Origin: Candidatus Kaiserbacteria bacterium RIFCSPHIGHO2_02_FULL_49_16
GTDB taxonomy: Bacteria; Patescibacteriota; Minisyncoccia; Phycocordibacterales; UBA2100
Direction: 5' to 3'
DNA length: 39,306 nucleotides
NCBI GenBank assembly: GCA_001781465.1
Contig: MFLD01000036.1
Coordinates: forward strand, 15,816-55,121
Both the position numbers and the translations under genes were made by a program. The first letter of the stretch is position 1. Each line of letters starts with the position of its first letter. Below the pieces are notes generated by a model. That model did no database searches and was not told the DNA's origin. It was given only the letters and a program-made list of their open reading frames with translations. Below are positions 8,977-17,064 of the stretch, one piece after another.

Positions 8977-11900
8977 ATGACTTCTCCCGGCGCAAAATAT
9001 CTTGAAGGCCTGAACGAAGTCCAAAAACAGGCTGTTTTGCACAAAGACGGGCCGCTTTTAATCGTCGCGGGGGCTGGCGCGGGAAAGACTAAAACCATAA
9101 CTCACCGAATCGCACATCTCATAGAGAGCGGGGTGCCATCTAGGAGCATTCTTGCCGTCACATTCACCAACAAGGCGGCGGGGGAAATGCGCGAGAGGGT
9201 GAGCCGGCTTCTTCCTGGGGCGCGAGGCGGACTGCCGCTCATTGCGACATTCCATTCGCTCGGAGTCCGTCTCCTGCGGGAATTCCACAAAGAGGCGAAA
9301 ATCCCCCGCGGGTTCTCGATTTGGGACCAAGACGATAGCTCACGAGCGGTCAAAGCCATTTTGAAACAACTCGGCACCGATGAATGGACGCCGAGGCAGA
9401 TACTTTCGGCAATTTCGCGCGAAAAGGGAGCGGGGAAGGCGATGCGCGACTATCGCGAAAAAGCGGGAAACCGCCGTGAACAGATGGTGGCGCTCGTATG
9501 GGAGCGATACGAAAAAGTTCTGAACGAAGAAGGCGGACTCGACTTTGACGACCTTCTGTTTCGTACTCTCACACTTTTCCGCGACTCGCCAAAAACACTT
9601 TCGCTTCTGCAAAATCGCTGGCACTATCTAACGATTGATGAGTATCAGGACACAAGCGCTGTGCAATATGAAATGATGAAGCTTCTTTGCGGGGATCGGA
9701 GCAATATTTGCGTAGTGGGCGACTTGGACCAGTGTCTCGTTGCAGGAACACAGATAACCATGGCTGACGGTACGACAAAATCGATTGAGTCCGTACATGC
9801 TGGGGATTTCGTTCTGTCCAATCACGGAAGCGGACACCTAAAACCCACAAGAGTGACTCGTTCTCGCTCGCGCAAATTCACGGGCGACCTCGTTGAGCTC
9901 ACATTCAAGTCGGGCAAAAAACTCGCGAGTACTCCGGAGCATATCCATTTCGCCGGATATAGATTGGGAATCGTTCCGCAATCATATTTCACATATCTTA
10001 TGCATAAGCGAGGCATCGGGTGGCGTATCGGCGTTTCGCAAGTGTATACAAACGGGCAGCGGATGCCGATGATTGGATTTCGGCTTCGCTACAATCAAGA
10101 ACATGCTGACAAGGTGTGGATTGTTGGCACGCACACGACACCAAATGAAGCCCGTGTTTTTGAGTACATCACTTCGCTCGAGTACAAAATACCAACCATT
10201 CCCTTCGTGGCCCGCAAAGGCCTAAGTCTAAAGGGTTATGTGCATGACCAACGGGCAATAGAAAGTGTGTTTGAACATTTTGATACCGACAGCGCGGCGC
10301 GCAAACTCCTGAAAGCGCGCGGACTAACTTATGAATATCCTCATCATCGCGCGCAGGCAACGACAGGCGAGCGGCGGAACATCGTCGTTACACTTTGCGG
10401 AAGCCAAAGAAAGATGACGCCGATGCATCGCATTGCTATTGCCGCAAGCGACCCAAAAGACAAGCGGGCACTCGAATCAATAGGCCTCTCGATACGACCG
10501 GCAAAAAAAGGTTCGGCCAATTGGCGATTCGAAAGCGCGTACAAAGATTATGGGGCTTTGTGTGAAATCGTGAAAAAAATACAGGCCGTATTGCCACACG
10601 CAGAAGTTGTCGAGATGGCGCGCCTCGGTGGCAACAAAAAGAAACCGAAAGACGGCAATTCTCTCCCATATCTACCGGCCAGCTCCGTTTTGCCTGGCAT
10701 GGCAGTGTTCGACGGCAAAAATAACTACGATATTGTGGAGCGGGTTAAGCGTGTCCCCGCAAAACAATCTTTGGTTTACGACTTGGACATCGAAAATACC
10801 CATAACTTCATAGCAAATGGCATTGTGACCCACAATTGCATCTACACATGGAGACAGGCGGAGATTGAGAATTTGCTTTCGTTCGAGCGCATTTTTTCCA
10901 AAGCGAAAGTCGTTCGGCTCGAACAAAACTACCGCTCGACGCGGACAATTCTTGCCGCGGCAAATTCTGTGATTGAAAAAAATTCAAATCGCATTCCAAA
11001 AACGCTTTTCAGCGAAGGCGCGACAGGCGAGCCGATAACAACCTACGATGCGATGAATGAGCGGGACGAATCGTGGTTTGTCGTTGAGCAATCGGCGCTG
11101 TTGATGGATAAAAAAGTGCCCGCGAATGAAATCGCGGTTCTTTATCGGGAAAATTCACAGTCGCGAGTGCTGGAGGAAGCTTTTTTGCACGCGGGCTTGC
11201 CGTATCGCGTGCTCGGCACGCGATTTTTCGAGCGCAAGGAGGTGAAAGATGTGCTTTCATATCTGCGGGCTGGGCTGAATCCCAAAAGTAAAAGTGATGT
11301 GGTGCGAATAGTCGGAGTGCCTCCTCGTGGAATCGGGAAGGTAACGCTTGAGAAAATGTTTGCGGGCGAAGTATTGGGTGGAGCCGGGGCAAAGGTGACG
11401 GCGTTTCAAAGCACGCTCGCAAAAATCAGAGAGGCCATAAAAGTTTTACCCGCATCTGAAGCCGTTCGTTTCTGTATTGAAGCAAGCGGGATACAAAAGA
11501 TGTTTGATGGAAAAACAGAAGAAGGCCGTGAACGGCTCGGCAACATCCGTGAGTTGGCAAACCTCGCGGCAAAATACGAGAACGAAGAACCGCCGTCGGG
11601 AATTGAGAAACTTCTGGAAGAAGCCGCTCTCCAGAGCGAGCAGGACCAGCTTGACGTGGACAAAGACAAGGGGGGCGTCACTCTTATGACGGTGCACGCT
11701 TCCAAAGGACTGGAGTTTGATGCGGTCTTTATAGTGGGAATGGAACAGGGGCTGTTTCCATCTATGAGGAACGATGCGGAGCGAGACCCGGAAGAAGAAC
11801 GACGGCTGTTTTATGTTGCTCTCACGCGCGCACGAAAGCATTTGTTCCTTTCTTACGCGCACGAGCGCACAAAGTACGGTTCGCGGGAAGGAGCAGTGCC

Positions 11901-11982
11901 ATCAGAATTTTTATCCGATATTGACTCCCGATTGATGAAACATGCGACGAATACTGAGGAAAAGGAGGATATTATTGATTGA
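8977..11982 (+). CDS. pcrA: UvrD/PcrA SF1 DNA helicase containing an intein
   Basis: AGAGAGKT, TFTNKAA, DEYQD, LEQNYRS, TVHASKGLEF, EERRLFYVALTRA. Confidence 0.93.
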   Translation: MTSPGAKYLEGLNEVQKQAVLHKDGPLLIVAGAGAGKTKTITHRIAHLIESGVPSRSILAVTFTNKAAGEMRERVSRLLPGARGGLPLIATFHSLGVRLLREFHKEAKIPRGFSIWDQDDSSRAVKAILKQLGTDEWTPRQILSAISREKGAGKAMRDYREKAGNRREQMVALVWERYEKVLNEEGGLDFDDLLFRTLTLFRDSPKTLSLLQNRWHYLTIDEYQDTSAVQYEMMKLLCGDRSNICVVGDLDQCLVAGTQITMADGTTKSIESVHAGDFVLSNHGSGHLKPTRVTRSRSRKFTGDLVELTFKSGKKLASTPEHIHFAGYRLGIVPQSYFTYLMHKRGIGWRIGVSQVYTNGQRMPMIGFRLRYNQEHADKVWIVGTHTTPNEARVFEYITSLEYKIPTIPFVARKGLSLKGYVHDQRAIESVFEHFDTDSAARKLLKARGLTYEYPHHRAQATTGERRNIVVTLCGSQRKMTPMHRIAIAASDPKDKRALESIGLSIRPAKKGSANWRFESAYKDYGALCEIVKKIQAVLPHAEVVEMARLGGNKKKPKDGNSLPYLPASSVLPGMAVFDGKNNYDIVERVKRVPAKQSLVYDLDIENTHNFIANGIVTHNCIYTWRQAEIENLLSFERIFSKAKVVRLEQNYRSTRTILAAANSVIEKNSNRIPKTLFSEGATGEPITTYDAMNERDESWFVVEQSALLMDKKVPANEIAVLYRENSQSRVLEEAFLHAGLPYRVLGTRFFERKEVKDVLSYLRAGLNPKSKSDVVRIVGVPPRGIGKVTLEKMFAGEVLGGAGAKVTAFQSTLAKIREAIKVLPASEAVRFCIEASGIQKMFDGKTEEGRERLGNIRELANLAAKYENEEPPSGIEKLLEEAALQSEQDQLDVDKDKGGVTLMTVHASKGLEFDAVFIVGMEQGLFPSMRNDAERDPEEERRLFYVALTRARKHLFLSYAHERTKYGSREGAVPSEFLSDIDSRLMKHATNTEEKEDIID
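9733..10836 (+). mobile_element. Intein (368 aa) in helicase motif III
   Basis: Host VGDLDQ | CLVAGTQITMADG ... block B TPEH ... VYDLDIENTHNFIANGIVTHN | CIYTWR. Confidence 0.93.
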
Positions 11983-11983
11983 T

Positions 11984-12796
11984 ATGAAGAAGGGCGCTCG
12001 GTTAGGACAGCATTTTTTGAAATCACCTTGGGCCGCGCGCGCTTTAGCGCGCGCGGCAAACATTACAAGCGAGGATACTGTCCTCGAAATCGGTCCGGGG
12101 AAAGGAGCTCTCACGCGCGAACTCCTCTCGGCGTCAAAAAAAGTAGTCGCGATTGAAAAAGACGAGGCACTGGTGGAAAAATTGCGCGAAAAATTCGCAC
12201 GGGAAATCTTCACCGGCGCGCTTACAATCATTTCCGGCGACATACGAGACATAACTCCTGAAAAACTGGGGCTCGCTTCCGGAAAATACATAGTGGCCGC
12301 GAATATTCCGTATTACATCACAGGGGAAATCATCCGTCAGTTTTTGACGGCGGAGGAACAACCTCGCGCGATGGCGCTTCTTGTGCAGAAAGAGGTCGCG
12401 CAAAGAATCATCAGTAAGAAGGAGAGTTTGCTTTCGCTTTCGGTCAAAGTGTACGGGATTCCAAAGATCGTTGCAAAGGTCCCGCGAGGAAATTTCACCC
12501 CTGCGCCAAATGTTGACTCGGCGATTCTTCTCATCGGTAACATTTCTCGGCAATTTTTCGCAGACCCCGTTAGAAGCGATGCTTATAACGGGGCAGGTGT
12601 AAATGAAAACTTATTTTTTAAAGTTATTCGCGCAGGATTTAAATCTAAAAGAAAATATCTCCTTAACAATCTCGCCCACTTATTCGGGAAAGAATCTGCG
12701 ACTCGCGCGTTTGCCAGTTGCGGAATCAATATGAAAGCGCGGGCAGAAGATGTTACGCTTGAGGCATGGAAATGTCTTGTTCTTAAATTAACTTAG
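11984..12796 (+). CDS. ksgA: 16S rRNA adenine dimethyltransferase
   Basis: LGQHFL, VLEIGPGKGALT, ANIPYYIT, QKEVAQR, PAPNVDS. ATG 11984 immediately follows the helicase stop. Confidence 0.95.
   Translation: MKKGARLGQHFLKSPWAARALARAANITSEDTVLEIGPGKGALTRELLSASKKVVAIEKDEALVEKLREKFAREIFTGALTIISGDIRDITPEKLGLASGKYIVAANIPYYITGEIIRQFLTAEEQPRAMALLVQKEVAQRIISKKESLLSLSVKVYGIPKIVAKVPRGNFTPAPNVDSAILLIGNISRQFFADPVRSDAYNGAGVNENLFFKVIRAGFKSKRKYLLNNLAHLFGKESATRAFASCGINMKARAEDVTLEAWKCLVLKLT
12565..12597. repeat. 33-bp palindromic element inserted in frame in ksgA
   Basis: CCCCGTTAGAAGC-GAT-GCTTATAACGGGG-CAGG; same ends as 14551-14633. Confidence 0.75.
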
Positions 12797-13200
12797 AATT
12801 GTCCGCTGGTTCCACCGCCGCCACTAGTGCCACCACTGCCTACGAATGGGGGTGGCACATAAGCAGGGGCCGGAGCACCGCTCGACCCCATCATCTCAAT
12901 TGCTACCCCGGGGATAACAACCGGGCCTATCGGCAATATGACACAGATATAGGGAATGCTCGTGAGACCTAGTAGCCACTTACCAGGAGCAGGAGGACCA
13001 TTTGAATAGGTACGAGTGATTGGCGTCCATAGATAAATTCCTGGGTTTGGAGGACCAATCAGGGCAAGGATACTTCCGCTAAAAAAGCAAGGAAGAGCAA
13101 TCTTTGTTTGGCCGCCGAAAGGATAAGCAAGCGCGACGTTGGGCGCGCTAAAAAGAAGCATCGCGCACAACATTAGAACCGATATGTGGCGTCGAAACAT
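12793..13200 (-). CDS. Hypothetical secreted protein
   Basis: Signal peptide ending VALA-YPFGG, two Cys in the mature part, Gly-rich tail; TAGAAT lies 7 nt before the ATG. Confidence 0.75.
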   Translation of the reverse strand: MFRRHISVLMLCAMLLFSAPNVALAYPFGGQTKIALPCFFSGSILALIGPPNPGIYLWTPITRTYSNGPPAPGKWLLGLTSIPYICVILPIGPVVIPGVAIEMMGSSGAPAPAYVPPPFVGSGGTSGGGGTSGQF

Positions 13201-13279
13201 AAGTTATATTCTAACACTACTAGTGCGGGTATCTGGAATATCAACGATAATCAACGGCCGTATAGAATCGTTGATATGT

Positions 13280-13314
13280 TCACATGCAGTGAGGCGACGC
13301 CTCACTGCATGTGA
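13280..13314. repeat. Perfect inverted repeat with 17-bp arms
   Basis: TCACATGCAGTGAGGCG-A-CGCCTCACTGCATGTGA between divergent genes. Confidence 0.8.
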
Positions 13315-13366
13315 GGAGTTTCGTGTGCTGTTGCTACTCAACGCTATACGCTATACGCTATACTCT

Positions 13367-14290
13367 ATGAACTGGCTTCGCGCTCACAGATATACAGCCA
13401 CGCTAATCGCGGCGGCCGTTTTCGTTGTCGTTGGCGGAATACTGGCAAAAAATAAAGAGGGAACAGTTGTACTAATAAGCGGAGATACGCGAAATGTTTC
13501 GGTGGGATATCCATATTACGCTCCGCCTGCTATATCTCCGGAGGTTAAACCTCCGGAGATTGCAGACAACGCGTCTCCGCGCGCGCTATTTTTTGGCCAA
13601 AAAGTAAAGTTGGAAGAAACTCCGGCCATATCTCCGGAGGTTAAACCTCCGGAGGTTCTGGCGGTAACTCGAAATAATTCTCTCGACAATCAATACGCAC
13701 TTTTCTTTAAAGCACTTTCAAATATTCTCTCGCCCGTTGATAAACGTACTCCGGAGCAAAAGGTGCTTTTTGATTATGGAAATCAAGTTGGACTGGCAAT
13801 ACGAAATTTTGAAGATACGCACGGCAACGTTACTCAAGTATTAAGAGACTTCTTTGATAGCCGTACCGACTTCGCTAAAATAGCGAGCATCCCTGAAGCC
13901 GCGGATAAATACGCGCAACTAACCGCGTTGATTGGAGGCAAGAATCAATCAGTTTCCAAGGAATCCGCAATGGCAAATGTTCAAGGAGTCGTGAATGACT
14001 ACGCGCAATTGAGTGTCGCGATACGGAACGTACCTAATGTTCCTCCGCAAGTAGAATCAGCGAATGCGAAACTCTCAAGGGGATACTCCGATGTAGCACA
14101 GGGTCTTTCTCTCCTTACAAAAACAGAAAACGAAGCCCAGTTGCTTGAAGCCATCAAAGCGTACAACGCTGATGCGGATGAATTTATAGAAAATTACGTG
14201 TATCTCATACAGCTTTTCTCCGCGTATGGAGTAAAATTCTCCGCAAACGACCCGGGCTCCGTTTTTTCTTTCAGTTTTGGGGGTCTCTAG
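13367..14290 (+). CDS. Hypothetical N-terminally anchored helical protein
   Basis: Start MNWLRAH followed by one TM helix. The longer ORF from 13139 overlaps the opposite-strand gene and runs through hairpins. Confidence 0.75.
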   Translation: MNWLRAHRYTATLIAAAVFVVVGGILAKNKEGTVVLISGDTRNVSVGYPYYAPPAISPEVKPPEIADNASPRALFFGQKVKLEETPAISPEVKPPEVLAVTRNNSLDNQYALFFKALSNILSPVDKRTPEQKVLFDYGNQVGLAIRNFEDTHGNVTQVLRDFFDSRTDFAKIASIPEAADKYAQLTALIGGKNQSVSKESAMANVQGVVNDYAQLSVAIRNVPNVPPQVESANAKLSRGYSDVAQGLSLLTKTENEAQLLEAIKAYNADADEFIENYVYLIQLFSAYGVKFSANDPGSVFSFSFGGL

Positions 14291-14342
14291 AGACTCCACA
14301 CGTCAAATCAAGGGGAGTCCTTGATTCGCTTCTCACGCCAAG

Positions 14343-14365
14343 TGTCAAACACCGAGTGTTTGACA
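14343..14365. repeat. REP-like palindrome, copy 1
   Basis: TGTCAAACAC-CGA-GTGTTTGACA; the exact reverse complement occurs at 28294-28316. Confidence 0.75.
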
Positions 14366-14549
14366 TTTCAGAGAAATACCCAGGGTCTCAAATACTCCAA
14401 TTCTCGAGGAGACACCTTGCAAATGCCAAGAAGTCACCTCGAGATTCAAAATCCGCGAGGAGGGGCCTTTGGTGTTTCCACTATTTTCTCCGCTAGCTGG
14501 CGGGTGCCAGCTTCATGGGTGTTATAATTTCTATGTGGAAGACAAACGC

Positions 14550-14634
14550 GCCCCGTTAGAAGCGTGGAAGTTTTGAGTGTTATGGATATACAAAACCGCA
14601 ATAAGAAATCACCTTGGCTTCTAACGGGGCAGGC
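14550..14634. mobile_element. MITE-like element with 14-bp terminal inverted repeats
   Basis: GCCCCGTTAGAAGC ... GCTTCTAACGGGGC followed by AGGC. Confidence 0.65.
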
Positions 14635-15475
14635 GAACGATGCGGGGCGTTTTTTGCTGTGGCGGCCTACCATGGGAATAAAATTCTCTCCAATGGCGTT
14701 CGCCGCGGTATTCTCCGTCGTAATATTTCTAGCGGCACTCGGCTGGCGCGCGACTAGAACAATAGAAACCCTTAATCCAAACTCTTTCTCTGATACAAGC
14801 GGGATTAACGGGCTTAGAAACAACGATGGCCGTGTGATTACTGCTGGGGCTACTGTTGGCGCGCAAGCCAGGGCATACGCGACATCATCAGACCCGAACA
14901 ACTTCTCGAATGTGCAATACGATGTGTTCGGACAGCTACTCGGCGCTTATGTGGAGCTTAAAAACTCCGGCACATACACAGAGGGAAAAGGGGTAGACCT
15001 CGCGAATCGTATTGCCGAGACGACTATGGCGCCTGTCGCGTATGCCGAAATCACGAGAGACAAAATAAAAACCGACGCGGATGTATCGCGCGAGCGAGTG
15101 ATTGCTTACAGGAGCGATTTGCAAACAGCGCTCGCGCAGCTTCTCTTGAATACCGAGTCCGAATTGGGGATTTTCAACAGGTACGCGCAAACCCAAGACA
15201 AACATCATCTCGAAACCTTGAGGGAGGTCGCGGGAAGGTATCACAAAACTGTTTCTCTGCTCTCTGCGATGACTGTTCCGAAGGACGCGCTTGATTACCA
15301 TCTCGGCATCACCAACTCCCTTTTGGAATTCGCGACAACACTCGACGCGATGATGAGAAACGCGGATGACCCGATGGCGACTTTGGCGCTTCTGCGCACA
15401 TACAACATGGCTGAAGAGAATGTGTACGCATCTTTCAACTCTCTCGCCTCGTACGAAAAGCGGAAAATTCTATGA
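14582..15475 (+). CDS. Hypothetical membrane-anchored helical protein
   Basis: One TM helix (MAFAAVFSVVIFLAALGW); ATGA overlap with the next gene. The start is ambiguous (14564, 14582 or 14672). Confidence 0.75.
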   Translation: MDIQNRNKKSPWLLTGQANDAGRFLLWRPTMGIKFSPMAFAAVFSVVIFLAALGWRATRTIETLNPNSFSDTSGINGLRNNDGRVITAGATVGAQARAYATSSDPNNFSNVQYDVFGQLLGAYVELKNSGTYTEGKGVDLANRIAETTMAPVAYAEITRDKIKTDADVSRERVIAYRSDLQTALAQLLLNTESELGIFNRYAQTQDKHHLETLREVAGRYHKTVSLLSAMTVPKDALDYHLGITNSLLEFATTLDAMMRNADDPMATLALLRTYNMAEENVYASFNSLASYEKRKIL

Positions 15476-17061
15476 ACACGAAAATTTCATTCATCCTTCT
15501 TATTTTTGCATTAGCTGTATTCGCTTTGCCCAGTGGTACCAACGCTCTAGATGTCACCGCCCCGGTAATTGATTGTCGGAATGCCCCGTCATCAAGCGTG
15601 GGGCGCACAGCGGCAATGGGAGGGTCATTCGTCCCAGTGAGCGATGCGGCTGTCACGCTAAATACCGGCATTTTGGTCTACAAAGAATGTGTTTTGAACG
15701 AGCTGATAAGCAAGCAGGTACAATTTCAGACTTCCAAGCTGCTAAAATCAACTCTTGAGGATTTCGTGGGAGGCAGAGAAGTGTGCAACTGGGTTGACGA
15801 CCAGTACATTTGCGAAAATAGGTCGTACTACCCTACAAATCTTCCGAAAGAATTGGCGGAAGTTGCGCAAAACACAGTGACAGAGGGCTTGAATGGCGAT
15901 CTGTACAATCAAATCCCTGATTCATATCAAGGCCTAGTTAAGCAGGCAGTTTATCGCACGAATGCCCAACAAACCAAAAATCCGGGCGCGTCGTTCGCAT
16001 GTTCGTACGAGGGAACGCCAGCGGAGCTCATCGCTGTTCAGAACGGTTCATACAACGGACCGCGAGACCTTTTTGCTGTTGCTGATTCAAACTGCAATCC
16101 GCTTCTAAGTTACTACAATGTGAAAAGCGACATCATGGGCAGAGCGAGTGCGGCAACGCAAAACACGCTTACCGAGCTCTCCATGAATAACAACGTGTAC
16201 AGCAAGACAGAGATAGATGAAAACGGCCTGCGGCGCGTTACCGTTCCCGGATTTATTTTGGCCAATAACTTGGGAGAGAAACTTGGTTCTGGTTTCCGCC
16301 AGCTTGAAAACCAGCGAGAGACTGGACAGCTTGTTGACAAATTTTTCTCAGGAATAGGAAATCAGCTCATCTCCGCGGGCATTGGCGGGCTCAAAGGCCT
16401 TCTCAGTTCGTCGCCCGGGCAACCATCATACATCGACCAAGTGGTCGCCAATACCAGCGCGGCGGCGCAAAACACGCAAACAGCCTTCACGACGGACGCC
16501 GTCTTGGTGGCACTCGGGAATGAACAGGAATTTCTGAGGGCAAAACAAGCAACGGCCGGCATCCTCAGGCAAAAAGATGCGCAGTTGCACGCGGCAGAAG
16601 ATAGATGCTGGAGCGACTTTGTGCTCCCTACCGTAAACCAATTTGCCCAGACAGAAAATATTACGTTTACTCGCAAAGCAACATCAACGGAGCGTTTCGC
16701 GCAAACGGTCATAGACGCAAACATTATTCCTCTCTTGAGTTCAATCAATGCCGAGATTACCGTTTCCAGTACAACGCTTAACGCGGTAAATACCATAGCT
16801 ATCGGGGTTGCCAACCGCACCGTAGACCAAGTTGATGCCTACAATCAGATAAACGCGCTCCGTACGAGCGGAGCGCTTCATACTTCCGACCAGAAATATG
16901 CCGCTGTCCAAGAAACAGAAAATGTACAGGCCGCGATAACAAGCGTCGTTACAGACATTATAAAGAAATGGGGCGATAGCATGAGCCTGCCTGAAGGATG
17001 GTGCAACACCCTCAACAATAAAGACGCTGTAACTCAATACTGGGTGAACAAGTGGAGATAA
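15472..17061 (+). CDS. Hypothetical secreted Cys-containing protein (T4SS-cluster associated)
   Basis: Signal peptide, paired cysteines, 529 aa, directly upstream of the VirB6-like gene. Confidence 0.8.
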   Translation: MNTKISFILLIFALAVFALPSGTNALDVTAPVIDCRNAPSSSVGRTAAMGGSFVPVSDAAVTLNTGILVYKECVLNELISKQVQFQTSKLLKSTLEDFVGGREVCNWVDDQYICENRSYYPTNLPKELAEVAQNTVTEGLNGDLYNQIPDSYQGLVKQAVYRTNAQQTKNPGASFACSYEGTPAELIAVQNGSYNGPRDLFAVADSNCNPLLSYYNVKSDIMGRASAATQNTLTELSMNNNVYSKTEIDENGLRRVTVPGFILANNLGEKLGSGFRQLENQRETGQLVDKFFSGIGNQLISAGIGGLKGLLSSSPGQPSYIDQVVANTSAAAQNTQTAFTTDAVLVALGNEQEFLRAKQATAGILRQKDAQLHAAEDRCWSDFVLPTVNQFAQTENITFTRKATSTERFAQTVIDANIIPLLSSINAEITVSSTTLNAVNTIAIGVANRTVDQVDAYNQINALRTSGALHTSDQKYAAVQETENVQAAITSVVTDIIKKWGDSMSLPEGWCNTLNNKDAVTQYWVNKWR

Positions 17062-17064
17062 GGT

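Noticed and set aside
14533-14635. Programmed translational bypass over the MITE hairpin (GCG to GCG)
   Set aside because: The stop is not adjacent to the putative take-off codon, the ATG is too close to the -10 box, and ordinary in-frame ATGs exist downstream.
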